Of a stretch of DNA of 64,000 nucleotides, positions 14,941 to 27,107 are shown piece by piece (the first letter of the stretch is position 1; each line of letters begins with the position of its first letter). Origin of the DNA: Macrostomum lignano (lineage: Eukaryota); the NCBI GenBank assembly GCA_002269645.1, contig NIVC01001888.1, positions 1 to 64,000 of the forward strand. The letters run 5' to 3'. Below the pieces are notes generated by a model. It was not told the origin of the DNA and did no database searches. It saw only the letters and a list, made by a program, of their open reading frames with translations. The position numbers were made by a program, and so were the translations under genes.

Positions 14941-15314
14941 GACACACCGTATAAGAGTTAAAGGCAACTCCAGATAGCAGATCCGTGGTACTCGTAGGCC
15001 TGCTTGGTTCCTTCACTTTCTTGGATATTAATTTCAAGATGTAGAAAAATATGGAAAAGGAAATGTAATATTGCACCCCACAGACACTGAGACAGGGTAT
15101 GCGAATGAGTGAGTTCATCTCTGTTTAACATTGTAAACAGTGATTCAGTGCGACACTGACTGTTGACAAAGTTTTTTTTCGGATGCATAGACTGTGGTGC
15201 TGGCTATAATGTAGGCAACCTTTCCGCTTGGAATCTACTTTTTTGTAGCCAGCTTAGTGTGCATGCCGACTGGCTCCGGTGGATACCGCAGAGCCACAGG
15301 GGGAGAAGGAAAAG

Positions 15315-16262
15315 AAGGCAGGAAGGGAGAGACAGAAGGGAAGACAGGAAGGGAAGACAGAAGGGAAGACAGGAAGGGAAGACAGAAGGGAAGACAGGAA
15401 GGGAAGACAGGAAGGGAAGACAGGAAGGGAAGACAGGAAAGGAAGACAGGAAGGGAAGACAGGAAGGGAAGACAGGAAGGGAAGACAGGAAGGGAGAGAC
15501 AGGAAGGGAGAGACAGGAAGGGAGAGACAGGAAGGGAGAGACAGGAAGGGAGAGACAGGAAGGGAGAGACAGGAAGGGAGAGACAGGAAGAGAAGGCAGG
15601 AAGGGAGAGACAGGAAGAGAAGGCAGGAAGGGAGAGACAGAAGGGAAGACAGGAAGGGAGAGGCAGGAAGAGAAGGCAGGAAGGGAGAGACAGAAGGGAA
15701 GACAGGAAGGGAGAGACAGGAAGGGAGAGACAGGAAGGGAGAGGCAGGAAGAGAAGGCAGGAAGGGAGAGACAGAAGGGAAGACAGGAAGGGAGAGGCAG
15801 GAAGGGAGAGGCCGGAAGGGAGAGACAGAAGGGAAGACAGGAAGGGAAGACAGGAAGGGAGAGACAGGAAGGGAGAGACAGGAAGGGAGAGACAGGAAGG
15901 GAGAGGCAGGAAGAGAAGGCAGGAAGGGAGAGACAGGAAGGGAGAGGCAGGAAGAGAAGGCAGGAAGGGAGAGACAGGAAGGGAGAGGCAGGAAGAGAAG
16001 GCAGGAAGGGAGAGACAGGAAGGGAGAGACAGGAAGGGAGAGGCAGGAAGGGAGAGGCAGGAAGGGAGAGACAGAAGGGAAGACAGGAAGGGAGAGACAG
16101 GAAGGGAGAGACAGGAAGGGAGAGGCAGGAAGGGAGAGGCAGGAAGGGAGAGACAGAAGGGAAGACAGGAAGGGAGAGACAGGAAGGGAGAGACAGGAAG
16201 GGAGAGGCAGGAAGGGAGAGGCAGGAAGGGAGAGACAGAAGGGAAGACAGGAAGGGAAGACA
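15315..16262. repeat. 14-bp purine-rich minisatellite (GGAAGGGAGAGACA and variants)
   Basis: Direct reading. Confidence 0.92.
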
Positions 16263-16496
16263 TGTAGACTGAAAGAGACGGAAGAAATGACGCGGGAGGG
16301 AAACAGAGGGAGAGATCTACTAAAAATGAGGGTAGGAAGAGTGACAGAAGTTCGTACGCGGATTTAGACAGCATGCAGTGTTTCTATATAGCTCATCAAA
16401 TCTATAGTTGTCAGGATTACTTCAAGAGACCATTTGACGCCATTCCCCCGCTGCTAGTTCAAACTCTAACTAAAAGAAGCCCATGCTTTCCGCTAG

Positions 16497-16538
16497 CCAA
16501 TCAGAGGGATTCCAGCTTAAAGTACAAGCCATTATAAA
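16497..16538 (+). promoter_or_regulatory. Candidate core promoter of the ankyrin gene (CCAAT + TATAAA)
   Basis: CCAAT at 16497-16501 and TATAAA at 16533-16538, ~50 bp upstream of the ATG at 16587. Confidence 0.45.
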
Positions 16539-16586
16539 GTATCGCTAACGCTGAATGACGCCACCAGACGGACAAGACTGTGAGAA

Positions 16587-16925
16587 ATGCCGGCAGACTC
16601 GGAGCTCAGGCGGCAGCGGCTGTTTGAAGCCATTCGGGGCGGCGATCTTCGATCAGTTCGTCGACAGCTGATTGGCGCGGCGGCCAGACGGGATCTCGAC
16701 AGTTTCATCGACGAGGACGGAGCGACACCGCTGATGGCAGCTTGCGCGATCGGGCACCTGGCGATGGTGAAGCTGCTGGTCAGGCTGGGCGCCAGTGTCA
16801 GCACCTGCGACAGCATTGGCTGGGACCCGGTGACCACCGCCTGCTGGCATCATCAGCCGCGTGTGCTGGAGTTCCTGCTAGCGGTCAGGCGGCTGCAGCA
16901 CGCTCGAGACAGGCGCTACGCTTGA
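16587..16925 (+). CDS. Small ankyrin-repeat protein, 112 aa
   Basis: G-x-TPL-x2-A-x3-GH-x3-V-x2-LL-x2-GA (DGATPLMAACAIGHLAMVKLLVRLGAS), a second repeat (IGWDPVTTACWHHQPRVLEFLL) and an N-cap (LFEAIRGGDL). GC-rich coding style. May have further exons. Confidence 0.8.
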   Translation: MPADSELRRQRLFEAIRGGDLRSVRRQLIGAAARRDLDSFIDEDGATPLMAACAIGHLAMVKLLVRLGASVSTCDSIGWDPVTTACWHHQPRVLEFLLAVRRLQHARDRRYA

Positions 16926-16977
16926 GGACTGCGCGTTGGGACTTGGCTTGAATTTCACTACAGAGATGCACTTCAAG

Positions 16978-17330
16978 GAAGGGTGCTGAAGGATTGCGGG
17001 AAGGTGCTGAATGACCGGGGAAAGGGTGCTGAATGACCGGGGGAGGGTGCTGAATGATCGGGGGAGGGTGCTGAATGATCGGGGGAGGGTGCTGAATGAT
17101 CGGGGAGGGTGCTGAATGACCGGGGGAGGGTGCTGAATGACCCGGGGAGGGTGCTGAATGATCGGGGAGGGTGCTGAATGACCGGGGGAGGGTGCTGAAT
17201 GATCGGGGGAGGGTGCTGAAGGATCGGGCGAAGGTGATGAAGGATTGGAAGGATTAAGGAGGGTGCTGAAGGAGTAGGGAGGGTGCTGAATGATTGGGGG
17301 AGGGTGCTGAATGATCGGGGGAGGGTGCTG
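16978..17330. repeat. 21-bp minisatellite (GGGGGAGGGTGCTGAATGATC)
   Basis: Direct reading. Confidence 0.9.
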
Positions 17331-17934
17331 CAGGGTTGGGTGGTTTCCATTGAAGTGAGGACCGAAAATGCAGCCGTATTACACGTGAATGCTTGGAATG
17401 TACATGCCTATCCATCTCAAAGCTCTTTAACGCCACGTATACTTTTTAAAACAATTTTCATTGCAATATCGTTTCGAGCATACGCCCAATTACATTTATG
17501 TCTACTTTTTTATTACAAACTAATCTGTCTGCATGCGATGTCAGTCTGCTGCACTGCACATGCGCCATTCTGCACGCGCTGCATTATCTGATGAAAAATC
17601 GCCTAATGCAGGCAATTACGCTTGTACTTTAATGAAAGTGCACTATTTTAGTATTGGTTGCCATCAGGTACATGTATATACTGTTTGAATTTTACCTGAT
17701 GAATTTGCCATCAGGTAATAAATGAATATACTGCTTGAATTTTAAACAAACAAGAAAACGAATTCATAAATAATTGCCTGTCACTTTCTTGAGGGACAGG
17801 TGAGTACCTTCAGTGATTGCGTTAATTTCTATCGAGGGACCGCGGAGTCTAACCATTTGACTACCGAACGTAACCCTGACCAAAGCCTAAGCTAAACCTT
17901 ATATTACACTGTAAATCAAATTCCTAAACCCGTA

Positions 17935-18885
17935 CCTGAATTCCTAAACTCATAACAAAATTCCTAAACCCAGACCTAAACCCAAACCCGGACCTAAACC
18001 CAGACCTAGACCCAAAGCCTAATTTCTAAACTCAAACCCAGACCTAAACCCAAAGCCTAATTTCTAAACTCAAACCCAGACCTAAACCCAAAGCCTAATT
18101 TCTAAACTCAAACCCAGACCTAAACCCAAAGCCTAATTTCTAAACTCAAACCCAGACCTAAACCCAAAGCCTAATTTCTAAACTCAAACCCAGACCTAAA
18201 CCCAAAGCCTAATTTCTAAACTCAAACCCAGACCTAAACCCAAAGCCTAATTTCTAAACTCAAACCCAGACCTAAACCCAAAGCCTAATTTCTAAACCCA
18301 AACCCAGACCTAAACCCAAACCCGGACCTAAACCCAGACCTAAACCCAAACCCGGACCTAAACCCAGACCTAAACCCAAACCCGGACCTAAACCCAGACC
18401 TAAACCCAAACCCAGACCTAAACCCAAACCCAGACCTAAACCCAAACCCAGACCTAAACCCAAACCCAGACCTAAACCCTAACCCAGACCTAAACCCAAA
18501 CCCAGACCTAAACCCAAACCCAGACCTAAACCCTAACCCAGACCTAAACCTAAACCCAGACCTAAACCCAAACCCAGACCTAAACCCAAACCCAGACCTA
18601 AACCCTAACCCAGACCTAAACCCAAACCCAGACCTAAACCCAAACCCAGACCTAAACCCAAAGCCTAATTTCTAAACCCAGACCTAAATCATAATTCCTA
18701 ATTCCAAACCTTACGAGTATATAGATATATATATATCATAGTATTAAACCCAAACCTAAACCCATACCTAAAGCCATATCTAAAATCATATCTAAACCCT
18801 AAACTAAATCCAAACCTAAATCTTATTCCTAAACCGAAACCTGAACCCAAGCTTAAACCCTAATTCCTAATCCAAACCTAAACCC
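17935..18885. repeat. Degenerate telomere-like hexamer array (AAACCC/TAACCC) organised as 38-bp and 18-bp units
   Basis: CTAAACCCAAAGCCTAATTTCTAAACTCAAACCCAGAC repeats followed by CTAAACCCAAACCCAGAC repeats. Confidence 0.85.
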
Positions 18886-20659
18886 AAAAAATTGACAAGC
18901 CAAATTACGCGCACCTGATGCACTACCCCTCTCAAATACATGTGATGCAATGGAGACCATCATGGGTTTAAAGAGGGTCAAGGCGGTCAGAGAACCCAGG
19001 AAACAACAGAAGTCTCTGTCTACGGTGCTAAAAGCCAAAAATAACACAGAATCTCGCCTGCGGCGCTAAAATTTCAATTGAAATTCTACATTGATTTGAG
19101 CCATCTTTGACCCTCAGTTTATCAGGTATCAGACAGTGCCTTCTTGGAATCTCGCATGTGAAACTGGAGAGTCAAAAAATTAGGTCAACAAGTCCGGCCC
19201 TCAGCTGTAACTGCGTCAGAATCACAATGCGACTGCGTGCCATCCCCAGAACAGCGGCAGTGCGGTTGCACTAAAGACCAAGTCTCATTCTAAAGCGACC
19301 TCGCTTTGCACTGCAGACGCAAAAAACTTCAACTGCCCCCCCCCCCGTTGCTTGAGCCGAACGATAAGCGTGCAGCTGTGCGACTATAATCAGTTTTATT
19401 TGGAATGCACAATTTTCACGATGCTACTGACATATTAATATCATCAGCAAATAAAAGACACGAATTAATAAATTGATTCTCAATATCAGTTCTCTTATCG
19501 AAACTCAGAGGAAAAAATGTAAGTTTATCAAGTTGTAAGGGGGCGTAGCCTTTGTGGAGCCTAGCGCAGGCTCTGGTGTGCCAGCGGCCCAGGCTCGATT
19601 CCAAGTGCAGTCACATTAATTTGGGGCTGAATTGGAATCTCGGCTTGGCTCTGCTCGTGCAATTAACGGCCTTGAGGCCCAACCCCAAGGCACAGTGAAG
19701 TGTACATGCCTAAAGATAAATACTCGTAAAATAAGGGCCGCTGTACACTCCTGTGTGAGTGAGTGCCTGTGCGTATGACTGCGTACGTATCCGCGCGCTT
19801 GTATGCCTGCTCAGGGGAGTCGGCGGAATGGGCAGCAATGCCTCTCGCAGGTTGTGTGACAATGTCGCACAGGATGGCGCCAAGAATAGGATGCACCAAA
19901 GATACTAGAATAACTGGATGGGTCACTCAGGCACATATACTTAGTAAAACAGCTTTCTACTTTCAGTTCAGTAGCAAAGAAGAAAACATACGCTATTTTA
20001 TAAAAATAAAGCCAGCTCAAATGACCTTGAGTTTAGAAGTTTAGAAGCCCAAGCTTGCAGGCGTAAATAGCTTCCTAATTGGTTCAGCAGTGATGTACAT
20101 TAGCCAGTCCACTGAAATGTACATGGCAGCTTTAGACTGGAATTCCGAGAAAGGCAATAAAAATTGTGGTGCGCGGAGGAGGGGGCTAGCGTGGAAAGGC
20201 GCGGTTGGAGGGTTTAAGCTGGGGTAAGAGCCAATAAATGAGCCTTGGCTTTAAAAATACATTAAAATGCTTCTGTTTAACTACTACTGAACTGAAAATA
20301 GCTTACACGCAAATGTGCTGAGTGGTCCATCTAGTTATTCTAGTATCTGTGGGATGCACACAGCCACCTTGCCTCTAATAAAAAATTATCAAGCTTTAAG
20401 TCGCAAAAATTTCATGTTAAGTTTTCAGCAATCACTTAATATTTATTAAATGCACTAACAATCAGCAGTTAGTTAAAAGCATTCAAGCTCAAGTCAGCAA
20501 GCCGATACAGTTGCTATGTACACACACAGGTGAATACGTCACAGATGAATGCCTGCAACATCTTTTAGATAGCCAAAAGTTACGACACAGCCGTGAAGTA
20601 GACCGAGACTGATCCGAACACACACAGGCAGACTTGAGGCAGACACACGTACAAAAAGA

Positions 20660-21064
20660 CACTACGGACAGAGATAGGCAGACACAAACATTATGGACGG
20701 AGACAGACAGACAGAGGTACAGAAAGAGACAGACAGACAGACAGAAGTACAGAAAGAGACAGACAGACAGACAGAGACAGACAGGCAGGACAGATAGGAC
20801 AGAGACAGGCAGACAGAGACAGGCAAGACAGACAGAGACAGGCAGACAGGACAGAGACAGGCAGGACAGAGACAGACAGGCAGGACAGACAGGACAGAGA
20901 CAGGCAAACAGACAGAGACAGGCAGACAGGCAAGACAGACAGAGACAGACAGACAGGACAGAGACAGGCAGACAGACAGAGACAGGCAGACAGACAGAGA
21001 CAGGCAGACAGGCAGACAGGCAGGAAAGACAGGCAGGACAGGCAGGACAGAGACAGGCAGACAG
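20660..21064. repeat. (GACA)/(GGCAGACA)-type degenerate microsatellite directly 3' of the SNAPC1 stop
   Basis: Direct reading. Confidence 0.85.
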
Positions 21065-21067
21065 GCC

Positions 21068-22439
21068 TCATTCGTTGTCCCCAGCGGGCCCGGCGCCGTC
21101 GCCATCCCCCGCGGGCAGCCCGGCCCACCTGTCGCAGGCCCGCTCGACCCGCTCAGTCGCCAGTTCGTCGACGACGCGCAAAGCTGGTGCGTCAGCCGCT
21201 AGCGGCGTCTTCAAAGCGACGTACTGGGCCAGCAGGGCGCGCATGGTCTCGAGGCGCTCCTCGCCCAGCAGACAGCGAAGCGGCTCGCGGTCCCCGGCGA
21301 GTCGCCTGCGAGCCTCCTCGGCGGCCGAGCAGAGCGGAGGCGGGGCGCTGGGGTAGCAGGGCAGCGGCTGGGCGCACAGCTGGAAGGCGCCGCGCAGCTG
21401 CAGGTAGCGCAGACAGTAAAGAGCGTCGCAGTGGCCCTCCTGGCAGAGCTGCTGGCGCAGTTCGGACAGGCGCTGCCACTGGGAGAGGCTCAGGCGGATT
21501 AGCGTGTTCACCTGTGTAAATTAAGTCATTAATCCAAATTCCCTTAATATTATTAAGTAAATAATAGTAGTTCATGTTAAAATACCAGGTTGTGATTTGA
21601 TCAACTTAGATACTCAAATTATAGAATTCTAAATATAATTCCCAGGTCCCCAATCTACATCCTTAACCTGGATCTAAATTCCAGATCCTCATGAAATTAC
21701 ATTGAGGATCTGGGATTCTGATTGAGGATCAGGGATTTTGATTGGGGATCTGAATTTTGATTGAGGATCTGGGATTTTGATTGGGGATCTGAGATTTTGA
21801 TTGGGGATCTGGGATTTTGATTGGGGATCTGAGATTTTGATTGGGGATCTGGGATTTTGATTGGGGATCAGGCATTTTGATTGGATATCTGTGATTTGAG
21901 ACCCCAAGAGAGAATCCTACGCAATAAAATATCAGTGAAAACATTATAAAGAGCCGTCATCTTGCCGGAGAACTCACCATTGGCGCCAGCTGTACATAGT
22001 AGGCGTACATCAGATACAGGGCACCAATTCGCAGCAGTGTAGAGTAGGGCGGCTGGCTATACAGAGCCAGGAGATGGAACAGGCATTGGGAAAAGTCCAG
22101 CAGCTCCTCCACGCTGCCGCGGCCTCGGCACAGTTCGGCCATGCCTCGTTGGGTAAACAGGGCGCCGAAAGCGGCGAATCTGGCCACGCCGGCCTCCGAG
22201 AAGGCGCGCAAAAAGCTGTCAATGTCTTCTTGAAGACCGGCAGCGGGATGTTGCTGTTGCTGCTCCTGCTGCAAAGATTGATCCACCCGCTCTCTCACCG
22301 CCTGTTTATCCGTGGCATGACGGCGCATTCGGCTAGCGGCCGTAATCAAGTCGTCCTCGTCGATAGAAGAGTCTGTGGAGGCGGCTGCATAGTCGGGATC
22401 GCTGCTTCCGCCAGTCGGGTCTGCGTCTGCTGATGCCAT
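21068..22439 (-). CDS. SNAPC1: snRNA-activating protein complex subunit 1 (SNAP43), 301 aa; exons 22439-21978 and 21511-21068
   Basis: [28 protein letters not shown]...[22 protein letters not shown]|[15 protein letters not shown]...[18 protein letters not shown] resembles the conserved SNAPC1 N-terminal domain (human GLQTDCEALLSRFQETDSVRFEDF...LPPYTFQIRVGALYLLYGLY...KIRVALKDW...HFDAAYIFRKL, from memory). Phase-0 intron ATG|GTGAGT ... ACACAG|GTG. Confidence 0.88.
21705..21895. repeat. 20-bp minisatellite (TTGATTGGGGATCTGGGATT) in the SNAPC1 intron
   Basis: Direct reading. Confidence 0.85.
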
Positions 22440-22524
22440 CGCCAGAGCAGAGCCAAACTGGAAGGCGTATCAATACTGACTTTACATGCTGGCGTATGGA
22501 CAGCGTGCGTGTTGTTTGCGGAAA

Positions 22525-22870
22525 CATCCTGGAGGCTGGGGAGATCATAAAGGACACATCCTGGACCTGGTGGTTGGGGACATTATAAAGGACACATCCA
22601 GGAGGCTGGAGACATCATAAAGGACACATCCTGGAGGCTGGGACATCATGGAGAACACATCCTGGAAGCTGGGGACATCAAGAAGGACACATCCTGGAGG
22701 CTGGGACATCATGAAGGACACATCCTGGAGGCTGGGACATCAAGAAGGACACACTATGAAGGCTGGAGGACATGAAGGACACACTATGAAGTCTAGATGA
22801 CATCACAAAGGACACATTCTGGAGACTAAAAGACATCATGAAGGATACACTCCAGGGGCTGAAAGACATG
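22525..22870. repeat. ~31-bp minisatellite (GGACACATCCTGGAGGCTGGGACATCATGAA) just upstream of SNAPC1
   Basis: Direct reading, diverged units. Confidence 0.8.
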
Positions 22871-25153
22871 AAGAAGTCATTTATTGTTTTAGGTATTTAT
22901 TAATATAAGTCATCCAAGGCTAAATTGTCTCTTTTAATAAAACTATTATTGCTATATTGTAATGACTTCCCAATTCCCATATATTATTAGTTTATAATTA
23001 TAAGCTAGTTTATTTTGAACATTGAATTGGTTCATTCTGCTTAGTCTAACTTTTTTTATTGATTTATTGATCTCTACCCTAACTTTAGCCCTAGTACAGT
23101 TTTTGAAATTATAGAAGCTAATCTCTCTATTTGACTTTAAAAATATATACTTGGTCTATTTATAAATTGGTATTATTTTATTTTATTTGTAAAAATTTGA
23201 CCAAATATAATTAATATAATAGACAATTGAAAATGAAAGTTTAGGCCATTTTGTATATTTAATATTGATTTAAAATGATTATGGAAAACTATAAATTTTA
23301 TACTATACATTGATTTTTTGATTCCTAAACCTTAAATGAAAAAAGCCATAACAAGCTTGTAAAACATAGTTGTCATAAAACAATAAATAAAAATTACAAA
23401 CTTTTCATTTGACCTATTAGTATTCATTATCTAATGCAAATATGAGGTGGAAGGCCTTTTTGTTTCAATAGATGGAATAGCAGCAAAGATTTTGCGCTGC
23501 TTTGCGTATATATTTATATTACAAATAGCGCGAGATTATTGAGGGACCTAGGGAGGTGCACACATGTGGCGTGGCATGATTGGCTACACAAACCCCCCTG
23601 GCTTAGCAAGCCAGCTAGCGCGGTACACCACCATCCCACCTCAGCTAGAAAGAGGTTGGCGGGGGGTTTCTAGTGCAGCTACACTGGTGCTGCCAGTTGC
23701 ATAGTCTGGCTGCCACAAATATATCTTATAACAATAAGATAGGGATTATAGGCCTACTTATAGTCAAACATAAAAAAATGCATATATATATAATTTTTGA
23801 GCTTATTTGATAGAAACCAAATGAATTACAATTGCTCCTATCTCTAACATTAGTCAGTGATAACAAATAGGCCTAAACTGATATAAAAATATTATATTAT
23901 ACATGAGTCAATTAAAATATAAAAGAATGACCATTGTTCTAAAACCATTATATTTTTTATATTGCACTGTATATTTATTTTAACCAATATCAATACTTTA
24001 AAAGAACTAAGGGTATAAGTCCAGTCGAAAGGCCAAATATTGACTTAATATCTTAAGCATTTAAATATTGAAACTTGGAATGATCTCACACTTTCATTCA
24101 ATAAAATAGTTTGACTTCAAATTGATGCTTACAAAACAATTCTACAATTTTCCATAGTAAAACAAACATTGACAAATGTATATACATTTAAAAGCATAGG
24201 GCTAATGTGACATGGCCCTAAGGCCAATATCAATATGGTATGGTCTATGATCTAGTCTATGAAAATATGGCAAAGGTGGCTTTGATATGATATTAGGCCT
24301 AGTCTGTGATCTAAACCAAAGCACCTTGGCCCACATAAAATAAAAGTTTTGTAACATGCATGGCATGAGCAACATTCTATTCAATGCATATATAAAGAGT
24401 TTTTGTAGCATCACTTTTTCTACTGGATAAAGATAGATCTAGGCCTAGCCGCCTAGCACACTACTATCCACATTTATTGTTTTTTGACTTTGAATGAAAA
24501 GTACTGAACTCTATTTGGCTATCCTACACTTTCAGTTTAGTTTAGTTTTTAGTTTATAGCTCCTTCTTGGTATATAAACATATGTGCACCCCCCCCCCGA
24601 TTTACACCAGCTGTGCGAGTGTGCGACTTGCTTTTTGACCAAAAATGCAACTTACCTATGAAAGTAATGTCTTCTTTGAGTCCCAAAATCTTCCAAGAAG
24701 TGTATTAAAAGTTATTAAACCTATTAAATGTTTATTTATGTCTTATTTTTTATTATTTTTTACGCGAATTATGAACCTCAAAGTGTATTAAACTTTGCAA
24801 AACATTTATCATAATTTTTTTAATGTTATATTTGTTTTACCGACTCATTTCACTAATGCGAAGCTTTCGGTCCTCTGTTAACTCGATCTGCTCTTTGAAT
24901 ATTTTCGTGCTCATGTAAATCCGATTTGGTCATGTGGGCTATGGTTTTGGAGTGTTACATGTATGTATCATGAGCAGATTATGGAGTGTATCATCACGAA
25001 TTGTAGGGAGTATCCTGAGCTGATTACACATATATAGGCCGGGTTTATCAGGGGAGGGTGTATCAGGAAGTGAACTGTGGGGATCTCTGTTTCGAAGTCT
25101 AAATATATGGCTTAATATATAACCGTTAAAAATGTTTCCCACTTTCTTCACAG

Positions 25154-25550
25154 CCCGAAGGTAGCTGCTGGCGAGGAACCGCTTTCCATTGTGAAGTTAT
25201 CCTGCAGCTAGAGAATAATCATGGTACCTGGGGCAGTACATGTACCTACGGCAGCAGGCTGAGGCCAACAGCAGAACGAGCTCGAGATCCAATTATAGCA
25301 GCAGCTTGAAACTCGATCAACACATCAGCTCTGCACTCTCAACACCTTAGCTCTGCACTCTCAACACCTCAGCTCTGCACTCTTAACACCTCAGCTCTAC
25401 GCTCTCAATACCTCAGCAGCTCTGCACTCTCCGTTGTAATGCATAATTAAAAGTCTCGTATAGAACGCTTAATTTTGTTTCAAGCACTTAACAATTTTGC
25501 TTTAAAATTTCATCAAGTGAAAATCAATGGAAAATAATATATTCAATAAG
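25154..25550 (+). pseudogene. Degenerate nanos last-exon relic lacking the zinc fingers, with a homologous 3' UTR
   Basis: TTCACAG|CCCGAAGGTAGCTGCTGGCGAGGAACCGCTTTCCATTGTGAAG matches 35042-35088. CTCAGCTCTGCACTCTCAAC, TGTAATGCA, TTTGCTTTAAAATT and AATATATTCAATAAG match 35950-36140. Contains indels and stops; the ZF-coding segment is absent. Confidence 0.75.
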
Positions 25551-25984
25551 CGGGTTCTGCAATTACGAGTAGAGATCGGAGCGAAGAAGGCGGAAAGGAA
25601 CGGAGTCTCAATCTCATCCACCTCTCCAGTCTCATCCCATCAGTCTCACTTTTTAATGTGACAGAAGGCCCGCCAGACTTACAGACGCGGCGCAAGGACG
25701 CAACCGGTTCGTGGAGTGAACTCAGATCCTCCCCGAGATTCCCCACCGCAGCTCTCGAGGCCTCAGCCAATGGCGGCAGCGCTGCGGCAAAACTCAAAGC
25801 GCTCAGTAGCGAGTTGCGGGGCCATAAATCACAGGTGGGCAGCCGCTTTGACAAACAGCAGCTCACATCCCGCACGATCTGCAGGTGTGGACTCTTAGCT
25901 TTCTTTTCCTCATTTTTAGCAACTTGTCTACCAGTTCAGTCTCAGTTACAACAGGTTTCAGACATGCAGAGCAGCTTGTCACAC

Positions 25985-26710
25985 AGATTGGCAGAGGGGG
26001 TGGGGGATCAGCAGGGGGTCAGATTAGCAGAGGGTTGCGGATTGGCAGAGGGTGAGAAGGGGTGGATTGGCAGAGGAGGCGGATTGGCAGAGGTTGCGGA
26101 TTGGCAGAGGGTGAGAAGGGGTGGATTGGCAGAGGAGGCGGATTGGCAGAGGGGGCGGATTGGCAGAGAGGCGGATTGGCAGAGGAGGTGGCGGATTGGC
26201 AGAGGGAGCGGATTGGCAGAGGGGGCGGATTGGCAGAAGGGCAGATTGGCATTAGCAGAGCGGGGGGGGGCGGATTGGCAGAGGGTTGCGGATTGGCAGA
26301 GGGTGAGAAGGGGCGGTTTGGCATAGGGGGCGGATTGGCAGAGGAGGCGGATTGGCAGAGGGGGCGGATTGGCAGAGGGGTCAGATTGGCAGAGGGGGCG
26401 GATTGGCAGAGGAGGCGGATTGGCAGAGGGTGAGAAGGGGCGGATTGGCCGAGGGGGCGGATTGGCAGAGGGGCGGATTGGCAGAGAGGCGGATTGGCAG
26501 AGGGGGCGGCGATTGGCAGAGGGGCAGATTGGCATTAGCAGGGGGGGGGGGGCGTATTGGCAGAGGGGGCGAATTGGCAGAGGAGGCGGATTGGCAGAGG
26601 GGCGGATTGGCAGAGGGGCAGATTATCAAAATCGGTGGCAGCAAACGAAAGTTCTGCCAATCCGCCCCCTCTGCCAATCCGCCCCTTCATCCAATCCACC
26701 CCCTCTGCCA
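25985..26710. repeat. ~18-bp GC-box/CCAAT minisatellite (GGCGGATTGGCAGAGGGG); counterpart at 49022-49375
   Basis: Each unit carries ATTGG and usually GGGGCGG. Two inverted units at 26655-26715. Confidence 0.9.
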
Positions 26711-27107
26711 ATCCGCCGCTCTCATATTGACCTTACCTCTGATGTGAGAAACTGAGAAATGCAGAGGAAAATAAATCATTTCACTGTCAGATCTTCGGGT
26801 GTCGCGAAGCAAGTTGAAGCAAGGCTTAGAATTGGACAGGACCACCCATGGAGAGGGACAATGGGAATGACAGCTTTTGGCTCCGCTTCTGCATTCTTCC
26901 ACTCTGACTTCCCTCTCACTCACCTTCAAATGAAACAGTAAAGCTCAGACAAGGACTTCTAGAGCTAGCGCCATGCTATTTTGCACCTGAGCTATTTTTA
27001 GGAGTCCCCGGCTCAGATCATGGGGTCCCACCTGGTGTTAACAACGCCGGCGATCTTCACTTAAAAATGTAAAGAAACCGAAAAGCCTATTCTGGCTCCT
27101 CTCTACC

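Noticed and set aside
20040-20140. Short shared open frame (MYISVDWLMYI...SLGF*) in the 20.0k/36.9k repeat pair
   Set aside because: Differences between the copies are mostly non-synonymous, so there is no sign of coding constraint.
23540-24610. AT-rich segment with possible terminal inverted repeats (GGAGGTGCACACATG ... CATATGTGCACCCCC) as a MITE
   Set aside because: Only ~15 imperfect bp, no clear TSD and no second copy in the window.
19000-25000. snRNA or tRNA genes near SNAPC1
   Set aside because: No U1/U2/U4/U5/U6 signature or tRNA cloverleaf was recognised by eye; an Infernal or tRNAscan search would be decisive.
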